The notes: generated by a model from the sequence alone, not told the origin. 64,000 nucleotides of DNA from Acidobacteriota bacterium (GCA_028876655.1 JAGWRA010000176.1:7850-71849), one strand, 5' to 3'. Counted from the stretch's first letter, positions 54,710-64,000 are shown. Numbers and translations: made by a program.

Positions 54710-56710
54710 TCAGGCCTCCGCCGGATCCAGCCACACCATCCGCGCCGACCACAGCTGCACGAGCTCGTCCAGCAGCCCTTCCACCGCCTTCGCGTCCAGC
54801 GCCTGCCGCCGCGCCAGCTCGCCGAGCGTGCGCGTGCCGTCGGCCTCGGCCAGCAGGGCGAACATCGCCGGCGACAGCGTGGCCGACTTCCCCTGGTGGT
54901 AGCTGAAGGCGATGCGGCAGCTCGCCTCCACCCGCCGCGCATCGACGTGCCTCGTCTCGCGCGACACCACCACCGCCGGCGGCAGTGACACGCGCAGCGC
55001 CAGCCAGTCCTCGGTCTCCGGCGCCCGCTTGGACACCAGCCAGTCGCCGACGACCAGGTGGTGCAGGTCGGTCGTCAGGAAGCAGACCACCGCGTCGGCG
55101 ACCGAGTCGACGATCGGCTCGGCGTGGTTGTTGAACGACGTGTTCAGCACGATCGGCACGCCGGTCAGCTTACCGAAGGCCTCGATCAGCGCCCAGTACC
55201 GCTCGTTCGAGGCGCGGTCCACGGTCTGGATCCGCGCCGTGCCGTCGACGTGGGTCACCGCGCCGAGCAGCTCGCGCTTGTCGGGCTGCACGCCCACGAC
55301 CACGGTCATGTAGGGAAAGCGCTTCTGGGTGGCCGGGACGACGAAGAACTCGTCGACCGCCTCCTCGAGCACCGACGGCGCAAACGGCCGGTACGCCTCG
55401 CGCTTCTTCACCATCCGGTTGATGATGTCCTTGTGCTCGGCCGGCCGCGGGTCGGCGAGGATGCTGCGGTGGCCGAGCGCCCGCGGTCCGAACTCCGCCC
55501 GCCCCTGCACCCATCCGATCACCTTCTGGTCGGCCAGCAGTTCGGCCGCGGTATCGACGATGTCGTGACGGCGCTCGACGGCGAGGAACCGCGACCACCG
55601 GCCGAGCTCGCGCCCGACCGCCGCCTCGTCTCCCGTGTCGGTCCCCCAGAAGACCTCGGCGATCGGCTCGACCGATTGCCGCCCGCCCTCGGCGAGCTCG
55701 ACCGCCAGCGCCGCACCGAGCGCGCACCCCGCGTCGTGCGAGGCCGGCTGGACGAACATCCGATCGAACCATCCCGAGTAGAGCAGCTTGCCGTTCAACG
55801 AGCAGTTGTGCGCCACGCCGCCGGCCAGGCAGATCTGGCGCTGTCCGGTTGCCTGCCGGAAATGGCCGACGAGGTGACCGCCGACGATCTCGAGGGCCTC
55901 CTGCAGCGCCGCAGCCAGGTCGTGATGGATCTGGCTGAACGGCTCCCCCTTCTTCCGCGGCGACAGGTACTCGAACAGGCCGGACACCCGATCGAGATGC
56001 AGGCGGTACTCGCCATCGGGCAGCAGGTCGTAGAAGGCGCCGAACAGGCGCCTGAACCTCGACGGGTCGCCGTAGGGCGCCATCCCCATCACCTTGTACT
56101 CGTCGAACATCTCGTAGCCGAGGAAGCGGATCACGTCCCGGTACAGGAAGCCCAGCGAGTCCCGCTCCGGGATCGAGCGCAGCAGCTGGAGATCGTGCCC
56201 GCGCGCGTCGAACACCAGGCCCGCGACCCCCTCACCCTGCCCGTCGATCGTCAGGACCAGCGCCTGATCGAACCCCGACAGGTGATAGGTGCTGACCGCA
56301 TGCGCCCAGTGGTGGCTGACGAATCGGATCTTCCGCTCGTCGATCGTCCGGCCGAACTCGCGCAGCAGGATCCGCTGCACCATGCCGCGGGGCGTCAGCA
56401 GCTCGCAGCGCGACGGGTTCCGCAGGTGCATCAGCTGCAGGACACGCTGGCAGTAGTCCTCGGTCGCATAGAACGCCACCGCGTCCAGGTCCTCGAGCCG
56501 GACGCCCGCGGCCTCGAGGCAGGCGCGGATCGCCGGTCCCGCGGTCTTGTTGGTGTGCTTGATGCGGTTCAGCCGTTCCGCCTCGAAGGCGGCGGCCACC
56601 CGCCCGTCGCGCACCAGCACGGCGGCGGAATCGTGCACCTCGTCGAACGCGAAGTCGAAGACCGTTTCGTGAGCGGCATCGAGACCGCCGGTGAACCCGA
56701 GCACGAGCAT
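54710..56710 (-). CDS. Carbamoyltransferase (NodU/CmcH family) with C-terminal PqqD/RRE-like extension
   Basis: 666 aa. N-terminus is 'MLVLGFTGGLDAAHE...HDSAAVLVRDGRVAAAFEAERLNRIKH'. Also present: 'HHWAHAVSTYHLSGF', 'LAGGVAHNCSLNGKL', 'FVQPASHDAGCALGAA', 'GRAEFGPRALGHRSILADPR', 'VDGTARIQTV', 'GVPIVLNTSFN'. The canonical domain ends near 'LVVGDWLVSKR', and 104 further residues follow. Confidence 0.9.
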   Translation of the reverse strand: MLVLGFTGGLDAAHETVFDFAFDEVHDSAAVLVRDGRVAAAFEAERLNRIKHTNKTAGPAIRACLEAAGVRLEDLDAVAFYATEDYCQRVLQLMHLRNPSRCELLTPRGMVQRILLREFGRTIDERKIRFVSHHWAHAVSTYHLSGFDQALVLTIDGQGEGVAGLVFDARGHDLQLLRSIPERDSLGFLYRDVIRFLGYEMFDEYKVMGMAPYGDPSRFRRLFGAFYDLLPDGEYRLHLDRVSGLFEYLSPRKKGEPFSQIHHDLAAALQEALEIVGGHLVGHFRQATGQRQICLAGGVAHNCSLNGKLLYSGWFDRMFVQPASHDAGCALGAALAVELAEGGRQSVEPIAEVFWGTDTGDEAAVGRELGRWSRFLAVERRHDIVDTAAELLADQKVIGWVQGRAEFGPRALGHRSILADPRPAEHKDIINRMVKKREAYRPFAPSVLEEAVDEFFVVPATQKRFPYMTVVVGVQPDKRELLGAVTHVDGTARIQTVDRASNERYWALIEAFGKLTGVPIVLNTSFNNHAEPIVDSVADAVVCFLTTDLHHLVVGDWLVSKRAPETEDWLALRVSLPPAVVVSRETRHVDARRVEASCRIAFSYHQGKSATLSPAMFALLAEADGTRTLGELARRQALDAKAVEGLLDELVQLWSARMVWLDPAEA
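54713..55024 (-). other. PqqD-like / RRE-like winged-helix extension fused to the carbamoyltransferase
   Basis: The last 104 aa are '..LALRVSLPPAVVVSRETRHVDARRVEASCRIAFSYHQGKSATLSPAMFALLAEADGTRTLGELARRQALDAKAVEGLLDELVQLWSARMVWLD'. Short beta strands are followed by 'LxxxxxxLLxxxDGxxTxxELA' and a helix 'LLDELVxL...', the hallmark pattern of PqqD-family domains. Confidence 0.45.
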
Positions 56711-56722
56711 GATGGGATCCTG

Positions 56723-59700
56723 TCAGGACCGCGCCGGCTCGCCGGCCGGTGCCGGCGCGAGGAAGCCGATGCGGACGAAATAGTCGAAATACCGGGTCAA
56801 CAACGCCTCGTCGATGACCGGGCACGCGAGGCCGATCGTTTCCAGCGCCTCGACGGTGACGGAGCACCGCGCCTGCGGCACCGGGCCGGGCGGCGGCAGT
56901 TCCACCGACGGATCCTGCACGGCGGCCGGCGGCACGGGAAACAGCGGCAGCAGCGGCCTCAGCGCGTTGTCATCCCCGGCCGCGCAGGCCGCCACCAGCC
57001 GCTGGTGCCAGGCCCGATACGGAATCGACGCCAGCGGATAGCCACGCTCCCGGATGAAGCCGAACATCCGATCCCACTCGAAGGCATGCGGGTTGACGAC
57101 ATGGAACGCCGGCACCTGCCGGGAGGCCGGCACCCGCGACAGCCCCACGATGGCCCGGCTGACGTGATCGACCGGCGACATGTTATCGATCGGGTGGACC
57201 GCCGGTGCCGCACCGAGCTGAATGAGCCCCTTGATGGCGCGGCTGGCGAAGTCGTCGGTGTTCCACGCCCCCGTCCGGCTGTCGCCGACGATGCGCGCAG
57301 GACGATAGATGGTCACCGGCAGGCCGCGCGCGCGGGCGAGGTGCACGAGCCGCTCGGCCACCCACTTGCTCTCGGCGTAGCCGGTTGCCAGTCCCTCGGG
57401 CGGCGGCTGCCCGTCCCGCTCGCCAGCCCTGTAATACGCCGCGCCCAGCACGTCCATCGTCGAGACGTAGTGCAGCGGCTTCGTCCGGCGGCGGCAGGCG
57501 AGGCGCAGCACTTCCCGCGTCCCGCCGACGTTGGCGGCCTCGAGCGCGCGGAACGGCTGTGCGAAGTTCACGAGGGCGCCGTTGTGATAGATCGCGTCGA
57601 TGCCGGTGGCGAGATCTTCCCAGGCGGCGGCGTCGATGCCAAGCCCCGGCCGCCCGAGATCGCCAGGCACTGCCGAGATGCGCGATGCGTAAGCCGGTCT
57701 CCACAGCTCGAACGCCTCGAGCGCCCGCTGCAGTCGTTGCCGGCCCGCCTCCGCATCCGCGGCTCGCACGAGGCAGACGAGGTCGGCCGTCGTCTCCTCG
57801 AGCAGCGCCGCCAGCAGGTACGTCCCCAGGAAGCCCGTCGCCCCCGTCAGCAGGATCCGTCGTGGCTCGTCCGGCGCCACATCCTGCGCGGGCACGATGT
57901 CCTCGTCGAGCAGCGCCCGCGATTCCAGCCGGTGGGGATCGGTGGGACGCGACACGAGCGGAATGCCGGCCGCGAGCAGACGGACGGCACGGGTGAACGC
58001 CTCAACCGTCGGCGCTTCGAAGAGAACCCGCAGCGGCACGTCGACGCCGAAGACGCGTTGCACCGCCGACAACAGGCGCGCCGCCAGCATCGAGTGGCCG
58101 CCGAGATCGAAGAAATCGTCGTGAATGCTCCGCACCCCGGCGGCGAGCACCTCCGACCACAGCGCCGCCATGCGCCGCTCGTCCTCGTCACGCGGTGCCA
58201 CCGCGCCGGCCTGCTCGCCACCTGCCCGGTCCGGCACGGGCAGGGCGCGCCGATCGATCTTGCCGTTCGGCGTGAGCGGCAGGGCATCGAGCGCCATCAC
58301 CGCCGACGGGATCATGTAGCCGGGCAGCCGATCGCGGAGCGACTCGCGCAGCGCCGCTTCCTCGACCGTGACACCGGCGTGGCAGACGACGTAGGCCACG
58401 AGCCGTCGATCGCCGGGGACATCCTCGCGCACGACGACGACCGCCTGCCGGACGGTGGCATGGCGGGCGAGCGCCGCTTCGATCTCCCCCGGCTCGATCC
58501 GGTGCCCGTGCAGCTTCACCTGATCGTCGGACCGCCCGGCGAACATCACCCGCCCGTCGTCGCGGAACGCGGCGCGGTCACCCGTGCGGTACATGCGCGC
58601 GCCGGGCCTGGAGCCACGAGGCTCGGGCAGGAACCGCTCCGCCGTCATGCCCGGCTGGCCGAGGTAGCCGCGGGCCAGTCCGTCGCCGGCGATATAGAGA
58701 TCGCCGACGACGCCCGGCGGGACCGGCTCGAGCCGATCGTCGAGGACGTAGAAGCGGGTGTTCGCGATCGGCCGCCCGATCGGCACCGACCCCGGCGCGT
58801 CGTCAACTGGCTCGATCGACGACCAGATGGTCGTCTCCGTCGGTCCGTACAGGTTCCAGACCGCATGGCCCGGGCTCACACGCCGCAGGTATGCCGCGAG
58901 ATCGAGCGGCAGCGCTTCTCCCCCGGCGAGGATGCGGACGCCACCGGGATTGGTCCAGCCTGTTTCCTGCAGCAGGTGCCACGTCGCCGGGGTCGCCTGC
59001 ATCACGGTGATCCGTTCTGTCTCGAGCTGCCGCGCGAGTGCCCGTCCGTCCGACGCGGTGTCGCGGCCGGCCAGGACGACCGTCGCTCCCGTGGTGAGTG
59101 GCAGCCAGAGCTCGAGGCCGGCGATGTCGAAGGAGACCGTGGTGACCGCGAGCAACCGGTCGCTGGAATCCAGCCCGGGGTGCTGCCGCATCGCCGCGAG
59201 GAAGTTCATCACCGCCCCGTGCGGAACCTGCACCCCCTTCGGCCGGCCGGTCGAGCCGGACGTGTAGATCACGTAGGCCAGCTGCGCGGGATCCGCGGGT
59301 AGCGGCTCCGCCTGCGGCAGCTCCGCCATCCACTCTTCCCGGGTGGCGACAAGGTCGACCTCCCGGCAGGAAGGTGGCAGGGGACGCGAAGTGCGGCCAT
59401 CGGTCAGCAGCAGCGGCATGCTGGCATCCTCGATGGTGAACGCCAGGCGGTCGGGCGGAAACGACGGGTCGACCGGCACGTAGGTGCCACCGGCGCGCAG
59501 CACGGCCATCAAGGCGACGACGAGGTCGATCGACCGGTCGAGGCAGACGCCGATGCGGACTTCCGGGCCGGCACCCAGGCGGATGAGGTGCGTCGCCAGC
59601 CGCGCGGCGCGGTCGTCCAGGTCCCGGTACGTCGCGACGTCGTCTCCGCATTCGACGGCCTGCCGGTCGGGCCACTGCCTGGCCGCCGCGGCCAGGGCGA

Positions 59701-61201
59701 CCGCCAGCCCGCCACCCGCCTCGTACTTCGCCTCGGTGCGGTTCCACTCGACGAGCATCCGCTCGCGCTCGGCGGCGCCGACCAGCGGCAGAGCGGCTGG
59801 CGGGGCGTCCGGCGCCGCCACCATGGCGCCGAGCAGGTTCGTCAGGTGGTCGGTGAGACGCGCGGCCGTGGCGTCGCTGAACAGGTCGGCGCAGTACTCG
59901 AGCTGCCCCGCGAGCCGGTCGCCACGCTCCTGGACGGTGAGCGTCAGGTCGAACTTGGCGAGGCCGGCTCCCAGGTCCACCTGCTCGAGCGGCTCGTCCC
60001 CGGCGGGCTTCAGCAGGATGAGCATCACCTGGAAGATCGGGTTCCGGCTGAGATCGCGCGCCGGCTTCAGGGCGTCGACCAGTTGCTCGAACGGCAGGTC
60101 CTGGTGGGCGTGCGCGCCGAGGACGACCTCGCGGACGCCCGCCAGCGCCTCACGCACCGTCGTGCAGCCCTCGAGCCGGCAGCGCATGACGAGCGTATTG
60201 GCGAAGAGGCCGATGACGTCTTCCGTCTCGCGCCGCGTCCGGCCCGCGATCGGGCTGCCGATGGCCACATCGTCCTGTCCGGCGTACCGGGCGAGCAGCA
60301 TCGCGAAGCCGGCGAGCAGCACCATGAAGAGCGTGGCCTCGTGCGCGCGCGCGAACGCCTTCAGCGCTCTGGTGAGATCGGCGTCGAGGACAAATGCCCT
60401 GGTGCGGCCGTGGAACGACTGCACCGGCGGGCGAGGGTAGTCGGCCGGCAGTTCCAGCGGCGGGACGCCCTGCAGCGCACCAACCCAGTAGTCCAGCTGC
60501 CGCCGCTGCTCGGCTCCCTTGAACCATTCGCGCTGCCACGCGGCGTAGTCGGCGTACTGGATCGTCAGGGGCGGCAGATCGGGCTCGCGGCCCTGGGCCA
60601 CGGCGGCACTGCAGGCGAAGAACTCCCTCGCCAGCCGCTCCATCGACCAGCCGTCGGACACGACATGGTGCATGACGAACAGCAGCACGTGGCGGGAGGG
60701 CGCGAGCCGCACGAGCGTGGTCCGCAGGAGCGGCCCGGCGGCCAGATCGAACGGCTGCTCGATCCGGGCCGTCGCCGCCTGCTGCAGCGCCGCTTCCTGC
60801 CGTTCCGCCGGGACCGCGCCCAGGTCGACCAGTTCCAGCGGCAAGGCGATCGACGGAGCGATCGCCTGCACCGGCGTCCCGTCCACCTCACGGATCGTCG
60901 TGCGGAGCGTCTCGTGGCGGGCGGCAAGGATGGCGAGCGCGCGTCTCGCCCACTCGACCTCGATCGCGCCGTCGACGCGGAAGGCCAGCGCCAGGTTATA
61001 GGCCGGGCTGTCGGGCTCGAGGCGATCGAGGAACCACAGGCGCTCCTGCGCGAACGACAGCGGCGCCGTGTCCGAGGCAGGACGCCGAGGGATGGCGACC
61101 GCCGCGGGCCGCTTCGACAGCAGGTCGAAGAGGGCCCGCTTGCCGGGCGAGAGATGCGCGAGCGGATCGTGAGGCCTGTCGCTCATGCGGCCCTCAGGCA
61201 T
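56723..61201 (-). CDS. Terminal NRPS module C-A(Gly)-T-R (thioester reductase release)
   Basis: 1492 aa. An alternative start at Met6 (61186) has a GAGGG SD. C domain (LSFAQERLWFLDRLEP, HHVVSDGWS). A domain ([40 protein letters not shown]); code by eye is DILQLGLIWK, the canonical Gly code. PCP (FFDLGGHSMLAA). R domain (ILLTGATGFLGTYLL Rossmann motif, YAESK catalytic YxxxK). The start overlaps the upstream PKS stop by 8 nt if 61201 is used. Confidence 0.95.
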   Translation of the reverse strand: MPEGRMSDRPHDPLAHLSPGKRALFDLLSKRPAAVAIPRRPASDTAPLSFAQERLWFLDRLEPDSPAYNLALAFRVDGAIEVEWARRALAILAARHETLRTTIREVDGTPVQAIAPSIALPLELVDLGAVPAERQEAALQQAATARIEQPFDLAAGPLLRTTLVRLAPSRHVLLFVMHHVVSDGWSMERLAREFFACSAAVAQGREPDLPPLTIQYADYAAWQREWFKGAEQRRQLDYWVGALQGVPPLELPADYPRPPVQSFHGRTRAFVLDADLTRALKAFARAHEATLFMVLLAGFAMLLARYAGQDDVAIGSPIAGRTRRETEDVIGLFANTLVMRCRLEGCTTVREALAGVREVVLGAHAHQDLPFEQLVDALKPARDLSRNPIFQVMLILLKPAGDEPLEQVDLGAGLAKFDLTLTVQERGDRLAGQLEYCADLFSDATAARLTDHLTNLLGAMVAAPDAPPAALPLVGAAERERMLVEWNRTEAKYEAGGGLAVALAAAARQWPDRQAVECGDDVATYRDLDDRAARLATHLIRLGAGPEVRIGVCLDRSIDLVVALMAVLRAGGTYVPVDPSFPPDRLAFTIEDASMPLLLTDGRTSRPLPPSCREVDLVATREEWMAELPQAEPLPADPAQLAYVIYTSGSTGRPKGVQVPHGAVMNFLAAMRQHPGLDSSDRLLAVTTVSFDIAGLELWLPLTTGATVVLAGRDTASDGRALARQLETERITVMQATPATWHLLQETGWTNPGGVRILAGGEALPLDLAAYLRRVSPGHAVWNLYGPTETTIWSSIEPVDDAPGSVPIGRPIANTRFYVLDDRLEPVPPGVVGDLYIAGDGLARGYLGQPGMTAERFLPEPRGSRPGARMYRTGDRAAFRDDGRVMFAGRSDDQVKLHGHRIEPGEIEAALARHATVRQAVVVVREDVPGDRRLVAYVVCHAGVTVEEAALRESLRDRLPGYMIPSAVMALDALPLTPNGKIDRRALPVPDRAGGEQAGAVAPRDEDERRMAALWSEVLAAGVRSIHDDFFDLGGHSMLAARLLSAVQRVFGVDVPLRVLFEAPTVEAFTRAVRLLAAGIPLVSRPTDPHRLESRALLDEDIVPAQDVAPDEPRRILLTGATGFLGTYLLAALLEETTADLVCLVRAADAEAGRQRLQRALEAFELWRPAYASRISAVPGDLGRPGLGIDAAAWEDLATGIDAIYHNGALVNFAQPFRALEAANVGGTREVLRLACRRRTKPLHYVSTMDVLGAAYYRAGERDGQPPPEGLATGYAESKWVAERLVHLARARGLPVTIYRPARIVGDSRTGAWNTDDFASRAIKGLIQLGAAPAVHPIDNMSPVDHVSRAIVGLSRVPASRQVPAFHVVNPHAFEWDRMFGFIRERGYPLASIPYRAWHQRLVAACAAGDDNALRPLLPLFPVPPAAVQDPSVELPPPGPVPQARCSVTVEALETIGLACPVIDEALLTRYFDYFVRIGFLAPAPAGEPARS
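56726..57870 (-). other. Thioester reductase (R) domain
   Basis: Contains 'RRILLTGATGFLGTYLLAALLEE', 'DAIYHNGALVNF', 'GYAESKWVAERLV' and 'VTIYRPARIVG', the SDR-type NRPS terminal reductase pattern. Confidence 0.85.
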
Positions 61202-64000
61202 CGGGCGGACGCATCAGCTCGCGCAGCCGCGCCTCCGCCTCCTCGTCGGAGAGCCCCTCGATCTCGGCCAGCAGCCGCGCCTGTTCGCCGGCGGCGTCGG
61301 CGGCCGCCGCGAGCCGGGCGACGGTCGGCCGGTCCAGCACGTCCTTCAGCGACAGCGACAGGTCGAAATCGGCCCGGAGCCGGCTGATGAGCTGCGTGGC
61401 CAGCAACGAGTCGCCGCCCAGGTCGAAGAAGTGGTCGTCGACGCCGATTCCGGTCACGCCGAGCAGCGCCTCCCACACCCCGGCCAGCTGGCGTTCGAGG
61501 GCCGTCGCCGGCGCCCGGTAGGGCGTCGGCAGATCGGGACGCGGATGATGCGTGCGATCCGCGGCCTCCCCGGCGCCTTCCGGCGCCGTGGCGCGGGGGC
61601 GCGACGCCGGCACCGGCGCGCGCAGGGACTCGAGCCGCGAGGAGACGACGACCTGCGGCAGCCGCAAGGCCACGATCCGCGCGAAGGCCTCGCCCCCCTC
61701 GGAGGGGCTGATGCCGGCGTCGAGCGCCGCCTGGCGATCGGCCTGCAGCGACGCAGGCACCGGCGTCCCGGCCGCCATGCCGACGTCGCGCCAGGCGTCC
61801 CAGTCGATCGCCACCACGCGCGTCAGCGGGTCGGCCGCACGTGCCTGCGCGTACGCATCCAGGTAGGCGTTTGCCGCGCAGTAGTCCACCTGTCCGGCGC
61901 CGCCGGTGAGCGCCGCCACCGACGAGCAGAGCACGACGAAGTCGGGCGTATGGCGCTTCAGGACCACGTCGAGCACGCGCGTGCCGCGCAGCTTCGGCGC
62001 CAGCACGTCGTGCGCCGCGTCGAGCGTCTTCAGCTGGATTACGCCGCCACCGGCAACACCGGCCGCATGGATGACGCCGGCCAGCGGGCCGAACCGCCGG
62101 ACGGCGCGATCGAGGAGGTCCCGCATCGCCGTGCCGTCGGTGACATCCACCCCCGCCACCAGCACCTCGGCGCCCGCCGCTTCCAGCTCGCGGACGGCGG
62201 TCATCTGCGCGGCGCGTGGATCGCCGGGGTGAGCGGCCATCCACCCGTCCCACTGATCGCGCGGCAGGAGACCGCGTCGGCTCGTGAGCACGAGCTTCGG
62301 CTGCAGGGAGGCGGCCAGCCAGCGCGCGAGCGACAGGCCGACACCGCCGAGTCCGCCGGTGATGAGATACGTGCCCCCCGGGCGAAGCCCCGCCGGCACG
62401 TCCGATCCGCCGGGCCGCACGTCGAGCGACACCGGCTCGAACGCCTGCGTCCACCGGCGTCCGCCGCGGTACGCGACCAGATCGTCATCGGCGTCGAGAT
62501 CGAACTCGTCGACGACCTGTCCCGCAACCGGTCCCCACCCGCCCGTGCCCACGGGCGCCTCGACGTCGATCGCCACCGCCCGGATCGCCGGCCGTTCCGC
62601 ACGGATGACGCGCACCGGCCCCAGCACGGTGGCCTTCTCGGGAAAGCGTCCGTCGCCGCCGGCAATCTCGTGCGTGTGGCTCGTCACCACGCCGAGCCGG
62701 AAGGGACAGTCGGCCGCCCCTTCCCCGAAGGCCTGCAGCATCAGGACCAGGCTGTCGAAGCCATGACGCTGCAGCCGCTGCAGCACGCTCGGGTCGCTGA
62801 TCGGGACGTCGCGCGCGGTCACGGTCCAGAGATGCGCGACGCGATCCGGCATCAAGCCTTCGGCACGCAGGTGCGCGACGAGCGCCGCCCAGTCGTCCGG
62901 GCGCGAAGGGTCGAGCGCGCACGCGCGGGGCCCGAGCGGCGCGAAGCGCCCCCCGATCGTGACCTTTACGACGTCGGCACCGGCGGCCGTCAACCGGTCC
63001 ACGAGCGCCGCGCCCAGTCCCTGATCGTCGGCGAGCACCAGCCAGCGCGGACCCGCACCGGACCGGTCAGACGCCAGCAGACGATCGGCGGGCGACTGCC
63101 GCCAGACGGGCGCCGCGAACCACCCCGTCGTCGTCTCACGCGGCCGGGTGACGGGTGCCTCCGCCTCGGGCTCACCGCCAGCGGGAGTCACCGGCGCGGC
63201 CTGGAAGGGATCGGACCAGTAGCGCTGCCGCTCGAACGGATAGGTCGGCAGCGGCACCCGCCGTCGGCGCTCGCCGGCCCAGTAGCCGCTCCAGTCGACG
63301 TCGACCCCCTGCGTCCAGAGCGCCGCCAGCGCCCCCTGCATCCCGGCCAGGGCATCAGTCGCGTCCCCATCCTGCAGCGTCGGCACGACGAGCGTCTCGC
63401 CCGCGGCCGCATGGCGCCGGACCAATCCGGCGAGCGTGCGTCCGGGCCCGGCCTCGAGCAGCACACGCTCTTCGTCCTCGAGCAGCGTCGCCAGGCCGTC
63501 GCCGAACCGGACGGTCTCGCGAACGTGCCGCACCCAGTACTCCGGCGCGGTCGCCTCCTCCGGCGTAACCCACCGTCCGCTCACGTTCGAAACGTACGGC
63601 ACCGACGGCGCGCGCAGCGGGACCTTCGACACGGCGTCGCCGAAGGCCTCCAGCATGGGGTCCATCATGGACGAGTGGAACGCGTGGCTCGTCTCCAGCG
63701 CCGTCGCGGCCACGCCGGCCGCGGCCAACGCCCCCTCCAGCTCGCGCATGGCTCCGGTCGGGCCGGCGAGCACGCACGAGGCCGGCCCGTTGACGGCCGC
63801 CAGCGAGACGGCGTCCGTGGCGTAGCGCCGCGCGTCGGCCTCGGCCAGCGCCACCGCCAGCATCGTCCCGCCGGGCAGCGCCTGCATCAGCCGGCCGCGC
63901 AAGGCGACCAGCCGCAGCGCGCTCTCGAGGTCCATCACGCCGGCCAGGCACGCGGCCACGTACTCGCCGAGGCTGTGACCGAGCATCGCCGCCGGCCTGA
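61194..64000 (-). CDS. Type I PKS, C-terminal part (..AT-KR-ACP); N-terminus beyond window
   Basis: The reading frame stays open to the window edge (..[17 protein letters not shown] is the AT active-site GHSxG). HAFH motif (malonyl-type). Post-AT 'YPFERQRYW'. KR ([22 protein letters not shown]). Carrier domain (FFDLGGDSLLATQL). C-terminal tail '..LLAEIEGLSDEEAEARLRELMRPPDA'. Confidence 0.9.
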   Translation of the reverse strand, partial: RPAAMLGHSLGEYVAACLAGVMDLESALRLVALRGRLMQALPGGTMLAVALAEADARRYATDAVSLAAVNGPASCVLAGPTGAMRELEGALAAAGVAATALETSHAFHSSMMDPMLEAFGDAVSKVPLRAPSVPYVSNVSGRWVTPEEATAPEYWVRHVRETVRFGDGLATLLEDEERVLLEAGPGRTLAGLVRRHAAAGETLVVPTLQDGDATDALAGMQGALAALWTQGVDVDWSGYWAGERRRRVPLPTYPFERQRYWSDPFQAAPVTPAGGEPEAEAPVTRPRETTTGWFAAPVWRQSPADRLLASDRSGAGPRWLVLADDQGLGAALVDRLTAAGADVVKVTIGGRFAPLGPRACALDPSRPDDWAALVAHLRAEGLMPDRVAHLWTVTARDVPISDPSVLQRLQRHGFDSLVLMLQAFGEGAADCPFRLGVVTSHTHEIAGGDGRFPEKATVLGPVRVIRAERPAIRAVAIDVEAPVGTGGWGPVAGQVVDEFDLDADDDLVAYRGGRRWTQAFEPVSLDVRPGGSDVPAGLRPGGTYLITGGLGGVGLSLARWLAASLQPKLVLTSRRGLLPRDQWDGWMAAHPGDPRAAQMTAVRELEAAGAEVLVAGVDVTDGTAMRDLLDRAVRRFGPLAGVIHAAGVAGGGVIQLKTLDAAHDVLAPKLRGTRVLDVVLKRHTPDFVVLCSSVAALTGGAGQVDYCAANAYLDAYAQARAADPLTRVVAIDWDAWRDVGMAAGTPVPASLQADRQAALDAGISPSEGGEAFARIVALRLPQVVVSSRLESLRAPVPASRPRATAPEGAGEAADRTHHPRPDLPTPYRAPATALERQLAGVWEALLGVTGIGVDDHFFDLGGDSLLATQLISRLRADFDLSLSLKDVLDRPTVARLAAAADAAGEQARLLAEIEGLSDEEAEARLRELMRPPDA

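Overview
Very GC-rich (about 70% by eye, not computed), densely coding bacterial chromosomal window. I recognised no rRNA, tRNA, CRISPR array, transposase or integrase. Left ~8.8 kb holds ordinary genes: a partial ABM-fold monooxygenase-like protein, a GNAT acetyltransferase, a secreted FGE/SUMF1-domain protein, a TonB-dependent receptor with an N-terminal carboxypeptidase-regulatory-like domain, a CHASE-PAS histidine kinase with no adjacent response regulator, a FAH-family hydrolase, a DUF697 membrane protein and two small membrane ORFs. The receptor type plus the GC content weakly suggest an Acidobacteriota- or Gemmatimonadota-like host (inference only). From ~8.8 kb to the window end, and continuing past 64000, lies a giant hybrid lipopeptide-type biosynthetic gene cluster. 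(i) A ~40 kb plus-strand operon of six tightly spaced or overlapping genes: FAAL-ACP-KS-AT-DH(N)-LLM-DH(C)-KR-ACP; KS-AT-LLM-KR-ACP; C-A-T; C-A-T-C-A-T-E; C-A-T-C-A-T-E; C-A-T-C-A-T. A DUF481-like outer-membrane barrel gene follows. (ii) A divergently transcribed single NRPS module (C-A-T) with a TubC-like N-terminal docking domain, next to a putative Fe(II)/2OG oxygenase. (iii) A convergent minus-strand operon: partial PKS (..AT-KR-ACP), then NRPS C-A(Gly)-T-R, then a carbamoyltransferase with a PqqD/RRE-like C-terminal extension. Hand-extracted A-domain codes suggest the order X(unassigned)-Thr-(Ala-like, then E)-(Ala-like)-Ser(then E)-Leu-Ser, plus Val-like and Gly modules. No thioesterase or MbtH-like gene was recognised in the window; the reductase domain is the only release domain seen. 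The most unusual features are two consecutive cis-AT PKS modules with embedded luciferase-like monooxygenase (LLM) domains, one apparently splitting a dehydratase fold, and the carbamoyltransferase-PqqD-like fusion. Many very long opposite-strand or off-frame ORFs in the supplied track are high-GC artefacts.
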